A stretch of 64,000 bases of DNA. It comes from Tubulanus polymorphus. Taxonomy: Eukaryota; Animalia; Nemertea. The stretch covers positions 7,906,451 to 7,970,450 of the forward strand of contig NC_134035.1 in the NCBI RefSeq assembly GCF_964204645.1, written 5' to 3'. Under the pieces are notes generated by a model. That model made no database searches, was not told the origin of the DNA, and saw nothing but the letters and a program-made list of their open reading frames with translations. Both the position numbers and the translations under genes were made by a program. This document shows positions 51,089 to 64,000 of this stretch, in pieces (positions within the stretch are counted from its first letter, which is position 1; each line of letters starts with the position of its first letter).

Positions 51089-52300
51089 GGATATTTTGCC
51101 AATGCGGCATTATTTTAGTAAACGCTATTTTGCCAATGGCTATATACAATAAGATATAGTAATAAAATATGAAAATAAAATCATTATTCCGGTATTTGGT
51201 TTAGGGTTAGGGTTTCGATGGGTTAGGGTCTAAAGGGTCCGGAGGGTTAGGGTTAGGGTGAGGTTTAGGGTCCATTTTTATCCCCAGGGATAGGGTTAGG
51301 GTAAGGTTAGTTAGTTACCTAATCGTTGGTGGTAAGCTTTTTATAATCAGATGGGCTTATACCAACGTTAGGGATGACAAGGGCCAAAACACGGTTGAAA
51401 AAAGTAACACTTCAAAAATATACTTCCTATTGACTTCAGTCAACAATTAACGGCTTAAATCACAAACTAACATAGGTGCCTTTTGAAATAATCCAATTCT
51501 ATGTATGTTTCGAGCAATTAATCAACATTATTTTGAGAAATTAATTAATTTCTCCACAAATTTAGCCATTGGCCGCCATTTCTCTGTATTGCATACATGT
51601 GGCATGATAGACAAGGTGACCTACAAGGATTTATATAAAACTTTCAAAACGAAAAGACAATTTTTATTTTTGATGGTTTTCCAACTTATATTTCAAATCT
51701 TCGTGTTTTCCAAAATAAATAATGAAAAAATAAATTCTGGTTGAAGAAAAATGTTATTAAGTGTTGATTTCTTACTCTCAATTTACTCTCACTTTACGGC
51801 CGATTTGCACATGGATTAAGATCGTCAGGTGAGGTGTTAAAGGTATCAAACAAACTACGAATCTGTTGTGTGTGGATTACAACAAAAATTAGACGGATAT
51901 CTTAAGAGACAATGAAATGCCAGGCAAATTACTCGTGAGTCAAATTGACTCACGAAAATATCATTGAAAAATGACCTTCCCATTCCTGACTGCCGTTTGT
52001 GAAAATATCCGATCGTGAAACTAAACCACAGTCAGGTTACTGACTAGGGTAAGGTGAGGCTATATGTAGTGAAAACTTACGTCTGGTTCTGAGTGAGCTC
52101 GGTGGCAATCTGAGGCTGGCAATCTGCTAGTCCGGGTTCAAATCCCGCTCTATGCTGCTATAACTCTGACTCTTCACCACACATTCCTTTCTCTAAGTCG
52201 CGCACCTCAGTGCGCATGCACAGCGTCGATTATCAGCCAATCAGAACGCCCCATTGGCAAAATAGCATCAACAGGAATAATGCCGGATGGGCAAAATATC
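51089..52300. mobile_element. TIR element carrying degenerate TTAGGG repeats (51198-51307)
   Basis: About 50-bp imperfect TIRs GATATTTTGCC...GCTATTTTGCCAATGG / CCATTGGCAAAATAGC...GGCAAAATATC. Confidence 0.65.
51308..52046. mobile_element. Non-autonomous DNA transposon with 9-bp TSD (long copy)
   Basis: GGGTAAGGT duplicated on both sides; imperfect TIR TAGTTAGTTACCT / AGGTTACTGACTA. Confidence 0.85.
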
Positions 52301-52968
52301 AATAAATGCGCAAAAACTTACAAAATGAATTGATTTTCCTGTTGTTGACAGCCGTTGTTGTTGTTGTTCCAGCAGTTCGTGGGTTATTTTTCATCATTTT
52401 GATTTTACTATGTGGCTGTGCAGATTTACTCACTACGTCTAATACACTACCAACAAAACATCGATTACATCAGTATTTTATCAGTGACGTAACTATTAAT
52501 CCGACCACTGTCTCGGTCGATAACCCACGTTTTACGCGCTCTCGTAATCGACTGACCGTGACGACTCAATTCAATTCAATTCAATACTCCACCCGAAGCT
52601 GTCATCTCGGAGCTTAAATCAAATTCAAAATTTCTTTATTGTTGCTATCGATAACCGATCAGTTTAAGGAGAAGTTCGATAACGTCTTTACAATAAAGAC
52701 TGGTTACAAAAACGGGCGTGGAATGAAAGCAGCGCTCGCGTCAAAACCGACGTGCGATGGGCAATCAACATCCGAAAGGCCCAAATGACGAAGACTCGGT
52801 CACCGCGTCCGATCGCAGTCCGACGATAATCCGATGATCGGCTCCACAATTGTCAATCTGTGTTGAACTTTCTGAGAAATAAATCGCAAATCGACGACTT
52901 TTTATATTATTAGTAATCAACAACGACGGCGAATATATTGCGCAGTAGTTGAGACCACCAGCAACATC

Positions 52969-54769
52969 ATGATAAAGTTATTTTCGTTGAAAAATCAAAA
53001 GAAAGACGGTTCAGACGGTAGTGGTGGTAGACCCAGCGGTCAAAGAAAATCATCTGCTGCCCAAATTAGAATCGCCAAAGGTAAAAAATACGAACCTTCT
53101 TACTAAAAAGGAAAGTCACTTTCTTTTTGTTTACATAGTAGGTTAAAAGATATGGAAAATGAAATTGGGAAACCCATAAGAACCATGCTATCAGCAGTAG
53201 TTAGTGAAAAATGTGTTCAAATCCTGTTCTGTTGGCTGCTTTCTAATGTCTACTTAGTTAGTTACCTAATCGTTGGTGGTAAGCTTTTTATAATCGGATG
53301 TGGTTTGTGAAAATATCCAATCGTGAAACTAAACCACAGTCAGGTTACTGACTAATGTCTACTCTGTTTGTGGCCATTACCTCGAAGGCCATTCCATCTT
53401 CAGGTTGAATGAACAATCCAATTGGGTTTTTCTGGGGAAACCTAGATCTGAATGATAGGCCTACCTATCATACAACAGTTCCTCGAATTTTCTGGTTATT
53501 CAAACTTAGCGCCTTTCATATTTTTGTATTTTAGATATTAACGAGCTGAATTTGCCGAAAACTTGTCAGGTAGATTTTCCGGATGAAGATGATCTACTCA
53601 ATTTCAAACTAATTATTAGTCCAGACGAAGTAAGTTCAGAAAGATTCAAAAACAAGAACAGAAATTAGTTCCCAGTGTTTTCCAGAATTGCGGTCACCCT
53701 GGCGCATTGGTTATCGTCGAGGCTGAACCTTTTTTTACCAAAAATGCATAGCTGGTAATTGTTTTTGTTTGCAGGGTTTTTACAGGGGTGGACGTTTCGA
53801 GTTCAGTTTTAAGGTCAGCCAAGGCTACCCGCATGAACCTCCTAAAGTGAAATGTGAAACGATGGTGTATCATCCGAATATAGACCTCGAAGGAAATATC
53901 TGTTTAAATATACTAAGGTGAGAAAGGACACTTTTTGAAGCACAAACACATAGCGGGATGCTAGGTTATTTATCAAAGCCGATCTAGCTGACATGTTTCT
54001 AATCGTTCTTAGAAAGAGTGGTCAAAACCAAACTATTCATATGAAAAGGTCTAAAATGCTATGGTCAACTCTAAACCTGAATCAGTTTGCCAAGTTATCT
54101 ACATTATTTGATACAGACATTATTTACCATCCAACTACAGTGAAACCTGTTTAATCCAGATTTCGGTCTTAATCCATACAATATTTATGCATGTTCATTA
54201 ATGTAGGCCTACAGGAAAAACTGGATGAATTTTGTTGGTCCCTAATGATCCAAATAAAGCGGATTCTACTGTTAATAGTATCACGGCATAATTCGATGAA
54301 CTGTATCTGTTCTGTTCATTTATAGGGAAGACTGGAAACCTGTGTTAACTATTAGTTCAGTAGTTTATGGTCTACAATTCTTATTCCTAGTAAGTATGAT
54401 GTCATATTACCGATACATATCATAGCAAAAAAAACTCCAGTATATCGGTATCAGATACTTTCCATATTGGAAAACCATTTTAGGTATCTTTCCCTAATAT
54501 AACCATAGAAATAGTTACAAATACAGCAAGCGAAAACCTTGAACAACCCTTTGAAAATCACTCCAATATTCAATCATTGAAATCTTGAATAGCGTCATTT
54601 ACAAATAAAACAATTCAATTCATTTAAGGAACCGAATCACGAGGATCCGCTGAATAAAGATGCCGCTGAAGTGTTGCGCAATAATCGCCGTCAATTCGCG
54701 CAAAATGTCTTCAAATCGATGCAAGGAGGTTACGTCGGCTCTACGTACTTCAAACATTGTTTAAAGTGA
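52969..54769 (+). CDS. UBE2M: NEDD8-conjugating enzyme Ubc12, 184 aa, 5 exons
   Basis: Exons 52969-53080, 53535-53629, 53775-53917, 54326-54389, 54629-54769 (555 nt). MIKLFSLK N-terminus; [24 protein letters not shown] active site. Confidence 0.97.
53255..53354. mobile_element. Internally deleted 100-bp copy of the 51308-52046 transposon
   Basis: Same two ends joined directly; 9-bp TSD ATGTCTACT. Confidence 0.85.
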
Positions 54770-56528
54770 TTCACGATTCATGGATTAGGTGATTAATAAC
54801 GCTGAACATTGTACGTGTCAGGACCGAACTAATAAGTATACTGTGACTGATATAGTCTTAAAAAAGGAAAAAAAGTTGACATACACCGGCGACGACGAAG
54901 TTTGCTTGGCAGAATTTAATGGTCATCATTGGGACGCTCATTATTCTTATCTCAACAATGAGAAATATCGATGATCACCAGTGGCGAAACTAACCTCGTC
55001 GTCATTATGTTAACGTTTTCTTCAAACTGTTCAAAAACATCGTCAAGCTTCGCTCGCTTATTCATCTTCGGTTTCGTGATTTTCCTACGCGTTATATTAG
55101 AAAGGAATATCGGATAGTTCAGGGAGGGTTGATATTCAGGGGCCAGTTGCCCAGTCATGGCTTAGATTGCAAACCAGTCTGAGATCAAACTAGTCTAGAG
55201 CCTATCTGATAACTTAAGACCAGCACTGGCCGAACTGTGAAACTCGGCCCATGCTTGTCTGCTTGTTTCACACGCGTTTTTAAGAAATGTATCTCTACAC
55301 CTCGCGTCCTAAGATGCATTCACTAATATCGGTTGATAGCATACCCAGAACTATTTCACAGTTGTGAGTTACAACTCTTAAAGTGAAAAACTAGTTCAGG
55401 AGCGGATCCAGATCAAGTGGGGGTGCTCTGCTGGTCAACTGAAAGAAAATGATACCAAGGAAAATTTCCGAAGGGGTGCTTAAGCACTCGAAGCACCCTT
55501 CCCCACCCCCCCCCCGAATTCACTCCTGAGTTCATTTCATATTGTTTAGCATCAAGAGTCTTTACATAGGACTGTGGAACTGGCTCCAGAATCTTAAACT
55601 TAATCCAGGTAATTATAGGCGTTTCCCCTTAATCGAGGCGTTTCTCACTTTTCTCGTTCTTTACCTTGGAAATAACTTGACAAATTAAACGTGTTACGTT
55701 GTTCAAACTGATGCCTGATTACTAAGAAAAAGAAATACATTCTCTAAATGTATTTTTGCTATTAATCATTTATTCAGTACCAAAATTTCTGAATGTTATC
55801 GCTTCAATTCATTATTGGATCCGTGCATTGTATGAATGAGCTTTACGATTAAGCCTTTATTTATTAAGACTTAACCAAGCCACGTGTGAATGGAGAATTT
55901 ATCAGCAAGTGATTGTCTTTCACTGTCTATGTGAACTGCATGTTTAATGGTCCTACCTCATGAAATATACTTGTGTCATATTACTACAACTATATATAAC
56001 AAAAGTTTCAATGTGTTTATTCAGTTTTTATTCGAGTATGTACAACAACAGAATGAATAGAATTAGAATATTGTTTTCATATTCTCCAGGTAAACACAGG
56101 GACTCCACATCCACAGGTTTGAGTTAAGTTTGTCACTGAAATCTAAGCCTTGATTTAGTTTCTGATTCCTTTGGTCAATTGGGGCGTAATCGAGGCTTAG
56201 ATTTAAGACCACCGCATCTAGCTTCAAACAATTTCAGAATGGGTCAGCCTTTTGATTCTGGTCCTCCAGTCTAAGGCCCTTGTTACGAATGACCCTGAAA
56301 GCGTATTAACTGTGAGTAGCAGGTGTCCCGAGACATAGCCCTGCGAATAATAGCCAGCCATATTTCTGAATACACGATATAAAGGACATTCGAGATATTT
56401 ATTGTTAGGTATAACTTATGGGCGCAACTTACGTCCCACTTCTTGCTGCACCGATATTTATGCCAGTTCAGGGCTGTAGATTTGAATTTTTGGGGGCAGC
56501 TGAAAAGGGGGCAGTTGTATTGGATATA

Positions 56529-56770
56529 CAGTCGAATCTCGTTAGTACGATGTCCGCGGGAAAATGAAAAATCATCGTACTAGCTAAATCTCGTATTAAC
56601 CATTTGATAAAAACAATTCTATGATTACCTCAACAGACTCCCCATAGAGAAGTTTATTGCACATGTGGTCAGCACCTAACGTTTTTGTAGGAAAATGCTT
56701 TCCAGGAATTCTTGAATTCATCGTATTACTGAGGTTTTCGTTGTGAGCTGAATTGTACGAGGTTTGACTG
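56529..56770. mobile_element. pogo/Tigger-like MITE
   Basis: TA|CAGTCGAATCTCGT ... ACGAGGTTTGACTG|TA. Confidence 0.75.
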
Positions 56771-57612
56771 TAACAGTAATATTTGCCAGAATGGCACTTT
56801 TCTGGATATGTACGGCCTACACTTTAGAAATTTGTATATCGATCTAAAGATATTTGTAAACAATGCATACATTTTTCTAGAAACCGCATAAAAATGCTTT
56901 CAGTTTTTTTCATCAGTCGATCAACAAAATACTTAAACGCCTTTCAATTCATTAGAAAGTAAAAATTGATAAAATGGACCCATATCAACGTGCGACTAGC
57001 TTATTTTGATTTCTGATTAATTTTTTTGGACGCTGGCAAATATAGCCTCATCATAAATGCGTGTTACCCCAGCGCAACAAACTGAGATGTTCAAATGATG
57101 TTTATATAATATACATAATATCTTAAGAATAAAATTGGTTGAAATATTGTAAAATAAAATCCTTGTAGTTTGCTTTTTTGTGGTGGTGACATCCTACAGT
57201 CATAGTACAGTAGTGAAGCCCACTGAAGATGAATTATCAGCTTAACTACTGCAGGAGTCATGTTTTGTGCCGTTTTTTCTAATTACTTTAATCGTCCCAT
57301 GTTCGAAAACATCTGACAAACAGGTTTTGCATGGTATAACCAGACAGGATGATGTCCATCTCCATTTATGTGGCATCAGAAACCACCATCAGGGTCAGTG
57401 AAGCATTTCCATCATCCTTTCCTTGCGTTGGTTAAACAGGTTCAGACCATAAACAAATTCATAGAAGACTAGCCCGAAACGAAAATAAAGAAAACAACTT
57501 TTAACTGGTATGATATTCTTTTATTTATGAATGGAAATGAATATTTTACACAAATATTTACAAAAATTGACCGATGATATAAATGCGAATTGATTTATTT
57601 CTGCTTTGATTG

Positions 57613-60600
57613 TTACGCCACGAAAACGCTGGTATTCGTTGAGAAAGTCAACGTCAATTTATCGCTTGACGCTTTGTCGAGAATATCGAAATACTCGGTT
57701 AATTTATCGTTCAATTTCTCGTAGAGCTGAAATAATGAAATAACACCTTCCAATTCTGTCACCATTTTGGACTAGCGTGGTTACTATCGAGACGGGTAAG
57801 TAAGATTTGGATGCGAGCGATTACTAGAAACATCAATCAATTTTTGACAGAGCAACAGCAGTGGATCCAGGAGCCTTTACGGACTACCTTCCAGAATTTG
57901 AGACAAGGAGAGTGATCTAAAAGGGAGGCACTCTGCCACAAAAGAAGATTTCCAAGTTTCAGCAGTCTGAGAAGTGTTTTTTTCTGGCATCGGAGAGGAA
58001 TTCGATTTAGTAGTCAATAGTGATAAATGAAATGGTAGAAGTGAATAATATAATACGAGGGCTATTTCAATTTTCTTACTCCTCCCCCATTGCTCGGAAT
58101 GAAATAAATCAAATTGCTACTCACTTTGGCGATGTGATCATTTCTATGAGCTGATTCTTCAAGAGTATGATATAACTGATCTATACTGGTGTACGGTAAC
58201 CATACACTGCACGGTGGTCCAGAACCGTGTAGATATGACTAAAATAAATGCAGAACAATTTCACCCTCATTATTGAATAACTACATCTCGCAAAACAAAT
58301 CTGTATTTGGCAAAACAATTAGTTCATCGCAATGAATCGTCATAATCAGAGACTGGTGGCGCAATCATGCTTATGTGAGACCAAAAGTGGTCTTCAAATA
58401 AATGGCTGGTCTCAAAGAGTTAGATTAAATCTCACACTATGATGAACTTATAAACTGGTCTTTAATTTAAGCCTTGAATGCGCAACTGAGCCCTTTGTAG
58501 TAATCTATATGTAATATCAGCAGGGCTGCCAACCTCTGAAAAGTGCTATCAGTAACAAATTGAATTTTTTCAGTAACATCTCATTGAAAAATGTAAGAAA
58601 ATGTTCAATTAATCAGTATTATCAACAGTGAAACCCTCTTTCAGTTAAAGTCTTTCAGTTGATGGAAAACTTACATTCAGTCCGAAATATTCTTTTCCTT
58701 TTCCGAGTATGGCGTCGATATACTCCGTTACTAAAGTAATCGATTCGTCCAGCAAGTCATAATCAAGTAGAAGTCTCAATAACTGGGACATATCTCGAAG
58801 CTGAAGAAAAAACAAACATAAGTGTACCCAAAAGTAAACTCCAAGAAAAAATCAATCTTGCTGATTTAATCTTAACATTTAATCAGTCAATTGAACCAAT
58901 TATCATTCATCTCTGTTTTATGTTTTGTTTCAACATCATCGGGGCCATATCATAGACAAATTGAAGCTTCCTTAAAGCTCCAATTGTATTGTATCATGAT
59001 GACTATTGACATTAAAAGTCCTTCCGTGAAAATGGCCTCTGATTTAACCGATGAAAAGATTAAATCATTGCATAGCACCCAATCATCAACGTAACTGTGA
59101 CGTTTGACCATTACTGATTTTCACCCGATGATACAGTTGTTATACATTGTTTTTTAATCATTGCCTTGTGACAATTTCTAAATAAAGTTTATCCGTTCTA
59201 TTTCTTTTTGAAAACAATGATACCTTGTATGAATTGATGAGCCACGAGGGTAGAGCGAAGGCTTGCAATAGAAGTTTATTGACGACACATCTATGGTAAC
59301 GGGTCGATGATTGTTCTTCATAATTTTCGAGATATTTTTGCAGTATTTGCCAACATTGATCCGAAGCGCTGGAAAAAGTATACAAAACATAGAAAATGAA
59401 TCCGTACATGTGTTTAACTTATAATATCAACTACATCGATAAGCAATGACCTTTCGATAAAAGCAGGTTTTTCAAATTCGGAAATCTGTGAAAAGGTCTT
59501 TGATATTTTCTAAAGAATAATCCAGACTTAATTGCAATTTAAAGAGCAAATAGCCAAGATTCGAGAGGTGAGATGAATGAATAGTAAATGAAATTAGAAT
59601 TGTCCATGGCACACCCGAGATGACGCAACAAACACTCAGATTTATATAGTGAAAATCAATGCACTTGCAATAAAATTCTAAGTGCAAATTCTAAGCTCCC
59701 GAATCTAAATATAGGTCATCAAATATCGAGAAAAGACTTTCCCACTCGGTGTAAGGTAAAGATATCACTGAAAATCAATTTACGCATTGACTTATAATAT
59801 TCAAGGGGATTACGAAGCTTTATTTTAAAATATTTCATACATCATAATAAATACTCGGAAGATAGGAGGAAGAAATATTCGTTGTCGTTCTGCTATAAGT
59901 CTGAACTTACCTCAACTCTTTAGTTGTATGTAAGTCAGAGATGTCGCTGTGCGTTGTGAATATATCGGCCGTGTGCGATGTCAACTGTTTAGCGCCCTGC
60001 GCCAGCCACACGCACCACGACGTCAAACCCTCGAAGACGACGTCCAATTTCATATCGAATTTCTGGCATAGTTTCACCGCCTGATCGAACAGTCCAGCCG
60101 TCACTAACAGACCAGTCATCTCATCAGCAGATGGCGTCGGACCTAATGAATGGAACATATCGGCACGGTTACTTATAGCTGCCGCTACTGCAAAATCTTC
60201 ACCAAGTACAGTGATCGTGATATAGTTCGGTCAAGGGAAAAGTGTGATTGGAACTGCTCAGAGTAGCGCAGCAGTTCAACCAGGCCCATGCTCAATCAGC
60301 AACATTCTCCATCAAAGAAACATCCCTTTGCTAAGCCTTGTTCCGGAATTTTTTTAATGCTGATGACCAGAGGTATCAGGGTAATCAGCCGATCAGTGAA
60401 AACGATAAATAACCAAATAATGGGGTACCCGCAAAACCAGCTATTCCGCTAGATGGCGTGAAATGCAATAGGTTGCTCGTTATCAAAATTAGTTCATTTT
60501 CAACGAACTTTGAACTGGATTTCTAGACTCCTGAATCCATATACTATCACAGGACTCACCAAATACTTTCATTCTTCCAATCAAATATCAATATAGTTTT

Positions 60601-63600
60601 CATAAATAATTGATTCATTTAAGAGAAAAGTTCATTTAGATTTAATTGAAATGTAGAAGGAAATTGAACGCGGACGACCAACTATATACTAGCGAACGGA
60701 TCCTCACCGGCCATGAGTGGAATCCTCGATTGCCACAGTAGCACTGCGGGTGCCCCATTGCAATTTATCAACCAAGGATGAAACTAACTGTTTATTAAAC
60801 AAACAGCGGTTTGGCCTTTCAGGCATATTAAGGGAGTTCTGATTGTGTCACTAAGGGTTTTTTGGATCACCATAACTGGCACTCATAAGATAAACACCAT
60901 ACATATCAACCTTTCGATGAAGCGAGTTCAAGATTAGGGCGTATTTTCTTATTCTCAACAATAGCAAATAATTACAGAAATATACTCAATTTACAGATAA
61001 AAGAGCCCCCTGTTCCACAGGTTGAACATCAAGTACTAAACCATTAAAAAAAGACTTCTCAATAACCCGGTTAATGTTTTTTATAGGTAAATATTTCAAG
61101 TCAAAACTCACCAGTCCTGTACGAAGGGTTCGGATCTTTTTGTATCAACTCCAAACGACATTGTATCAACATGTAATCCTTCTCAATATCAGCCAATTCC
61201 AAAACATCTAAACGTCTTTTTACTGGAAGTAATACGTTACAATTCATCTCAACAGAAAACCACATTCACGGTTTTTGTAGAAGTTTGACTACCATTATAT
61301 AAAATGAATGTGCAAAATGACTGAATATGAATTACACTCTCCTGTGCAGAGAGATATGTCGCAAAATATCTTCTAACAAAACAAAAATATTGTATACCAG
61401 TAAATGTTGAACTTACAGAAACGGGCTGGAAATTCTTCACCATCGCTAGAACGTTTTGGGGATTTGTCACCATCATTCTATTAAATACAAAACGAATGGT
61501 GATTACGCAATACATGCCATGGTCGATTGATTGCAACAGTTACACTGCATGATCAAAATACGGCTCAGTGGCCGGTTCCAGTCAATGACTTATATCTAAG
61601 ACCAGTCAAAGCTCATCTTAGTTATAGAGCCAATCTAACAATTTCAGATCTGTGGAATGTTTTTCTCTGTCAATGGCATAAGGCCTCTTTTAAGAGTTCA
61701 GCTTGTGACTCTTCCTATTTCTTTCTCCTTATACCTGTACCCGGTATTTCATCTAACAATCACATGCTCCAAAATCCAAAATAAAGTTAGATTTAAAGTT
61801 TTGGAGTTAATAATAATAATTGACATTTATATAGCGCAGGTATCCAAACTAGAGTCAGTTCAAATGCGCTCCAAACTTGGTATTATTACCCCCAGCCTAT
61901 AACTCTATTCCATGTATCAGTCATCTCTCCCTGGGGAGAGGTAACATCCGAGCAGCTGCTAGGCACTCAGGAGTCATCTATTAGACCAGGTACCCATTTA
62001 CTCCTGGGTGGAGAGAGGCAATGAGGATAAGTGTCTTGCCGAGGACACTACGGCAATGTACGGGGCTTGAACCCATGACCTGGCTTCCCAGAGCCGAACG
62101 CTCTAACCATTCGGTCACACCGCTCCACAAACTGTGAGTTAAACGATGACTGTGAAACTACGCCGCGAAAAGTAGCGTTTCCATTGTCAAAATTACTGAC
62201 AACCCTGCACCTTGACTATTGAATAAATCATACCTCAATGATGTTCGATGGAGTAGCGATCCAAGCGTATTTTTCATCGACTAATCGTAAAGCATTCATC
62301 GCCGCGAGATAACATCGAGCTTGTGACTGGATACCTTTAGAATTAGGCACTTCTTGACCCAGTCGCATTCCGTATTCATACATTACACTCCCAGCTATAA
62401 ACAAGAATAATGTCATATCACTGATTTAAGAACATAGGTACCTGGTACAATTTTAATTCATTAATCAGACTTTCACGTCGATATACATATATACCCATAG
62501 ATTGCATTGCTACTATTGTGGCATAAGTTAAGCATTTGCCTTTGTTTAGAAGAATAAGATGACTTGCAATTCTAAATTGGGTTCTACCCCAAGTGATACC
62601 CTAGTTGTGTACCAAGTTTTAAAACAATCGGTCAACAATTGCGGCCTCTAGGCTGTTAACGTCGTTTTTCATGTCGGCCCCCTGGTGGCCATATTTTAAA
62701 TCGAATTGACCCAATTCTAAATAGAGTTCTACCCCAAGTGATATCCTACTTGTGTACCAAGTTTTTGAAACAATCGGTCAACAATTGCAGCCTCTAGGCT
62801 GTTAACGTCGTTTTTCATGTCGGCCCCCTGGTGGCCATAATTTTAATCGAATCGACCCAATTTTAAATAGGGTTCTGGCCCAAGCGATATCCTACTTGTG
62901 TACCAAGTTTTAAAACAATCGGTCAACTATTGCGGCCTCTAGGCTGTTAACGTCGTTTTTCATGTCGGCCCCCTGGTGGCCATAATTTAAATCGAATCGA
63001 CCCAATTTTAAATAGGGTTTTGGCCCAAGTGATATCCTACTTGTGTACCAAGTTTTAAAACAATCGGTCAACTATTGCGGCCTCTAGGCTGTTAACGTCG
63101 TTTTTCATGTCGGCCCCCTGGTGGCCATAATTTAAATCGAATCGACCCAATTTTAAATAGGGTTCTGGCCCAAGTGATATCTTCTTGTGTAGCAATTTTT
63201 AAAACAATCGGTCAACAATTACGGCCTCTAGGCTGTTAACGTCGTTTTTCATGTCCGCCCCTGGTGGCCATAATTTAAATCGAATCGACCCAATTTTACA
63301 TAGGGTTCTGGCCCAAGTGATATCCTACTTGTGTACCAAGTTTTAAAACAATCGGTCAACAATTACGGCCTCTAGGCTGTTACATCGTTTTTCATGTCGG
63401 CCCCTGGTGGCCATAATTTAAATCGAATCGACCCAATTCTAAATAGAGTTCTACACCAAGTGATATCCTACTTGTGTACCAAGTTTTAAAACAATCGGTC
63501 AACAATTACGGCCTCTAGACTGTTAATGTCACTTGCGGAGGCGGAGGTGGAGGCGGCGTATACAGACAGGGGTAAATTTATATGCCCCTCTCAACTAAAG

Positions 63601-64000
63601 CTGAGCCGGGGCATAATAAAGAGTTTCCTATATACTAGTAACTAGTACACAGGGAATTTGAGATCCTAAATCACTGATATTCCCTAATCCGCAAGAACCC
63701 TGCTGGTTTCTGAACTGGTCTTTTCAGAAGATAACTAATCTAGGGATCCAGGGACAAGGGACACTATGCCTACTCGTGAATGGTGACTATGATAAAAAGA
63801 ATGAATCGAAAAATGTTGAAGATCCCTTCCCAAAGTATACTTTTCACAGACTTCAATGAAATATGACACTATAAAGAGCTAAAGGCATCAGGAATAAGTT
63901 TTTGGTTTCAATCCGCGTGGAGTAAAAATCGAGTTGCATTAAGTTAAGGTACCTTTGCGATAATTTCCTCTCAATACATGGAACGAATATAACAAATCGT
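57613..64000 (-). CDS. NUP160: Nuclear pore complex protein Nup160, 3' part (gene continues beyond the window)
   Basis: Exons 63953->64000, 62234-62394, 61417-61477, 61112-61222, 59911-60142, 59224-59368, 58675-58800, 58125-58238, 57613-57726. Introns are GT-AG and in frame. Motifs LLYSFHVLRGNYRKAGSVMYEYGMRLG, AGLFDQAVKLC, LPSWLINSYK, EYIDAILGKGKEYFG, VWLPYTSIDQL. Confidence 0.95.
60421..60757. mobile_element. MITE, same family as 43083-43430
   Basis: TIR TGGGGTACCCGC / GCGGGTGCCCCA. Confidence 0.75.
61808..62126 (-). mobile_element. tRNA-derived SINE
   Basis: A box TGACCGAATGG, B box GGTTCAAGCCC, body GTGTCCTCGGCAAGACACTT...CCACCCAGGAGTAAATGGGTACC, tail GCGCTATATAAAT...(ATT)n. Confidence 0.9.
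62568..63618 (+). mobile_element. Helentron/DINE-like non-autonomous element with ~6.6 copies of a 143-146 bp satellite
   Basis: Units start at 62568, 62713, 62859, 63004, 63149, 63292 and 63435. The 3' end has a short ACAG repeat and a TATGCCCC...GGGGCATA hairpin followed by an A-rich flank. The family assignment is from recalled architecture. Confidence 0.7.

Noticed and set aside
51198-51307. Interstitial telomere or chromosome-fusion site
   Set aside because: Few, degenerate repeats in one orientation, located inside a TIR element.
52095-52155. tRNA gene (GGTTCAAATCCC B box); similar at 45573-45640
   Set aside because: No cloverleaf can be formed; likely degraded SINE heads.
59216-59223. 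U12-type intron in NUP160 (donors GTATCATT here and GTACCTT at 63952)
   Set aside because: Neither matches RTATCCTTT, and there is no TCCTTAAC branch site near the acceptors.

Overview
Animal (invertebrate, probably lophotrochozoan; inferred from the 5S sequence and repeat landscape) nuclear DNA. Bases 1-28,918 are the end of a tandem 5S rDNA array: 53 minus-strand 5S genes in 557/555/526-bp units, with higher-order periodicity. The short ORFs in this part of the track are artefacts of the repeat. The array ends in a diverged, hairpin-rich relic of the spacer about 0.6 kb downstream of a same-strand ribosomal protein gene, RPL12, whose intron 2 holds two C/D-box snoRNAs with an 18S rRNA guide. 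Then follow the spliced genes PTDSS2 (-), UBE2M/Ubc12 (+) and the 3' part of NUP160 (-). Introns and intergenic DNA contain many MITEs, a tRNA-derived SINE, a truncated LINE, a Helentron-like satellite with CTCF-like motifs, an AT-rich virus/Polinton-like relic, and three minimal type I hammerhead ribozyme motifs of the Penelope-like-element kind. I see no single new multi-gene system. The best leads are the hammerheads, the structured element at the 5S boundary and the twin snoRNAs. Exon coordinates were derived by hand.
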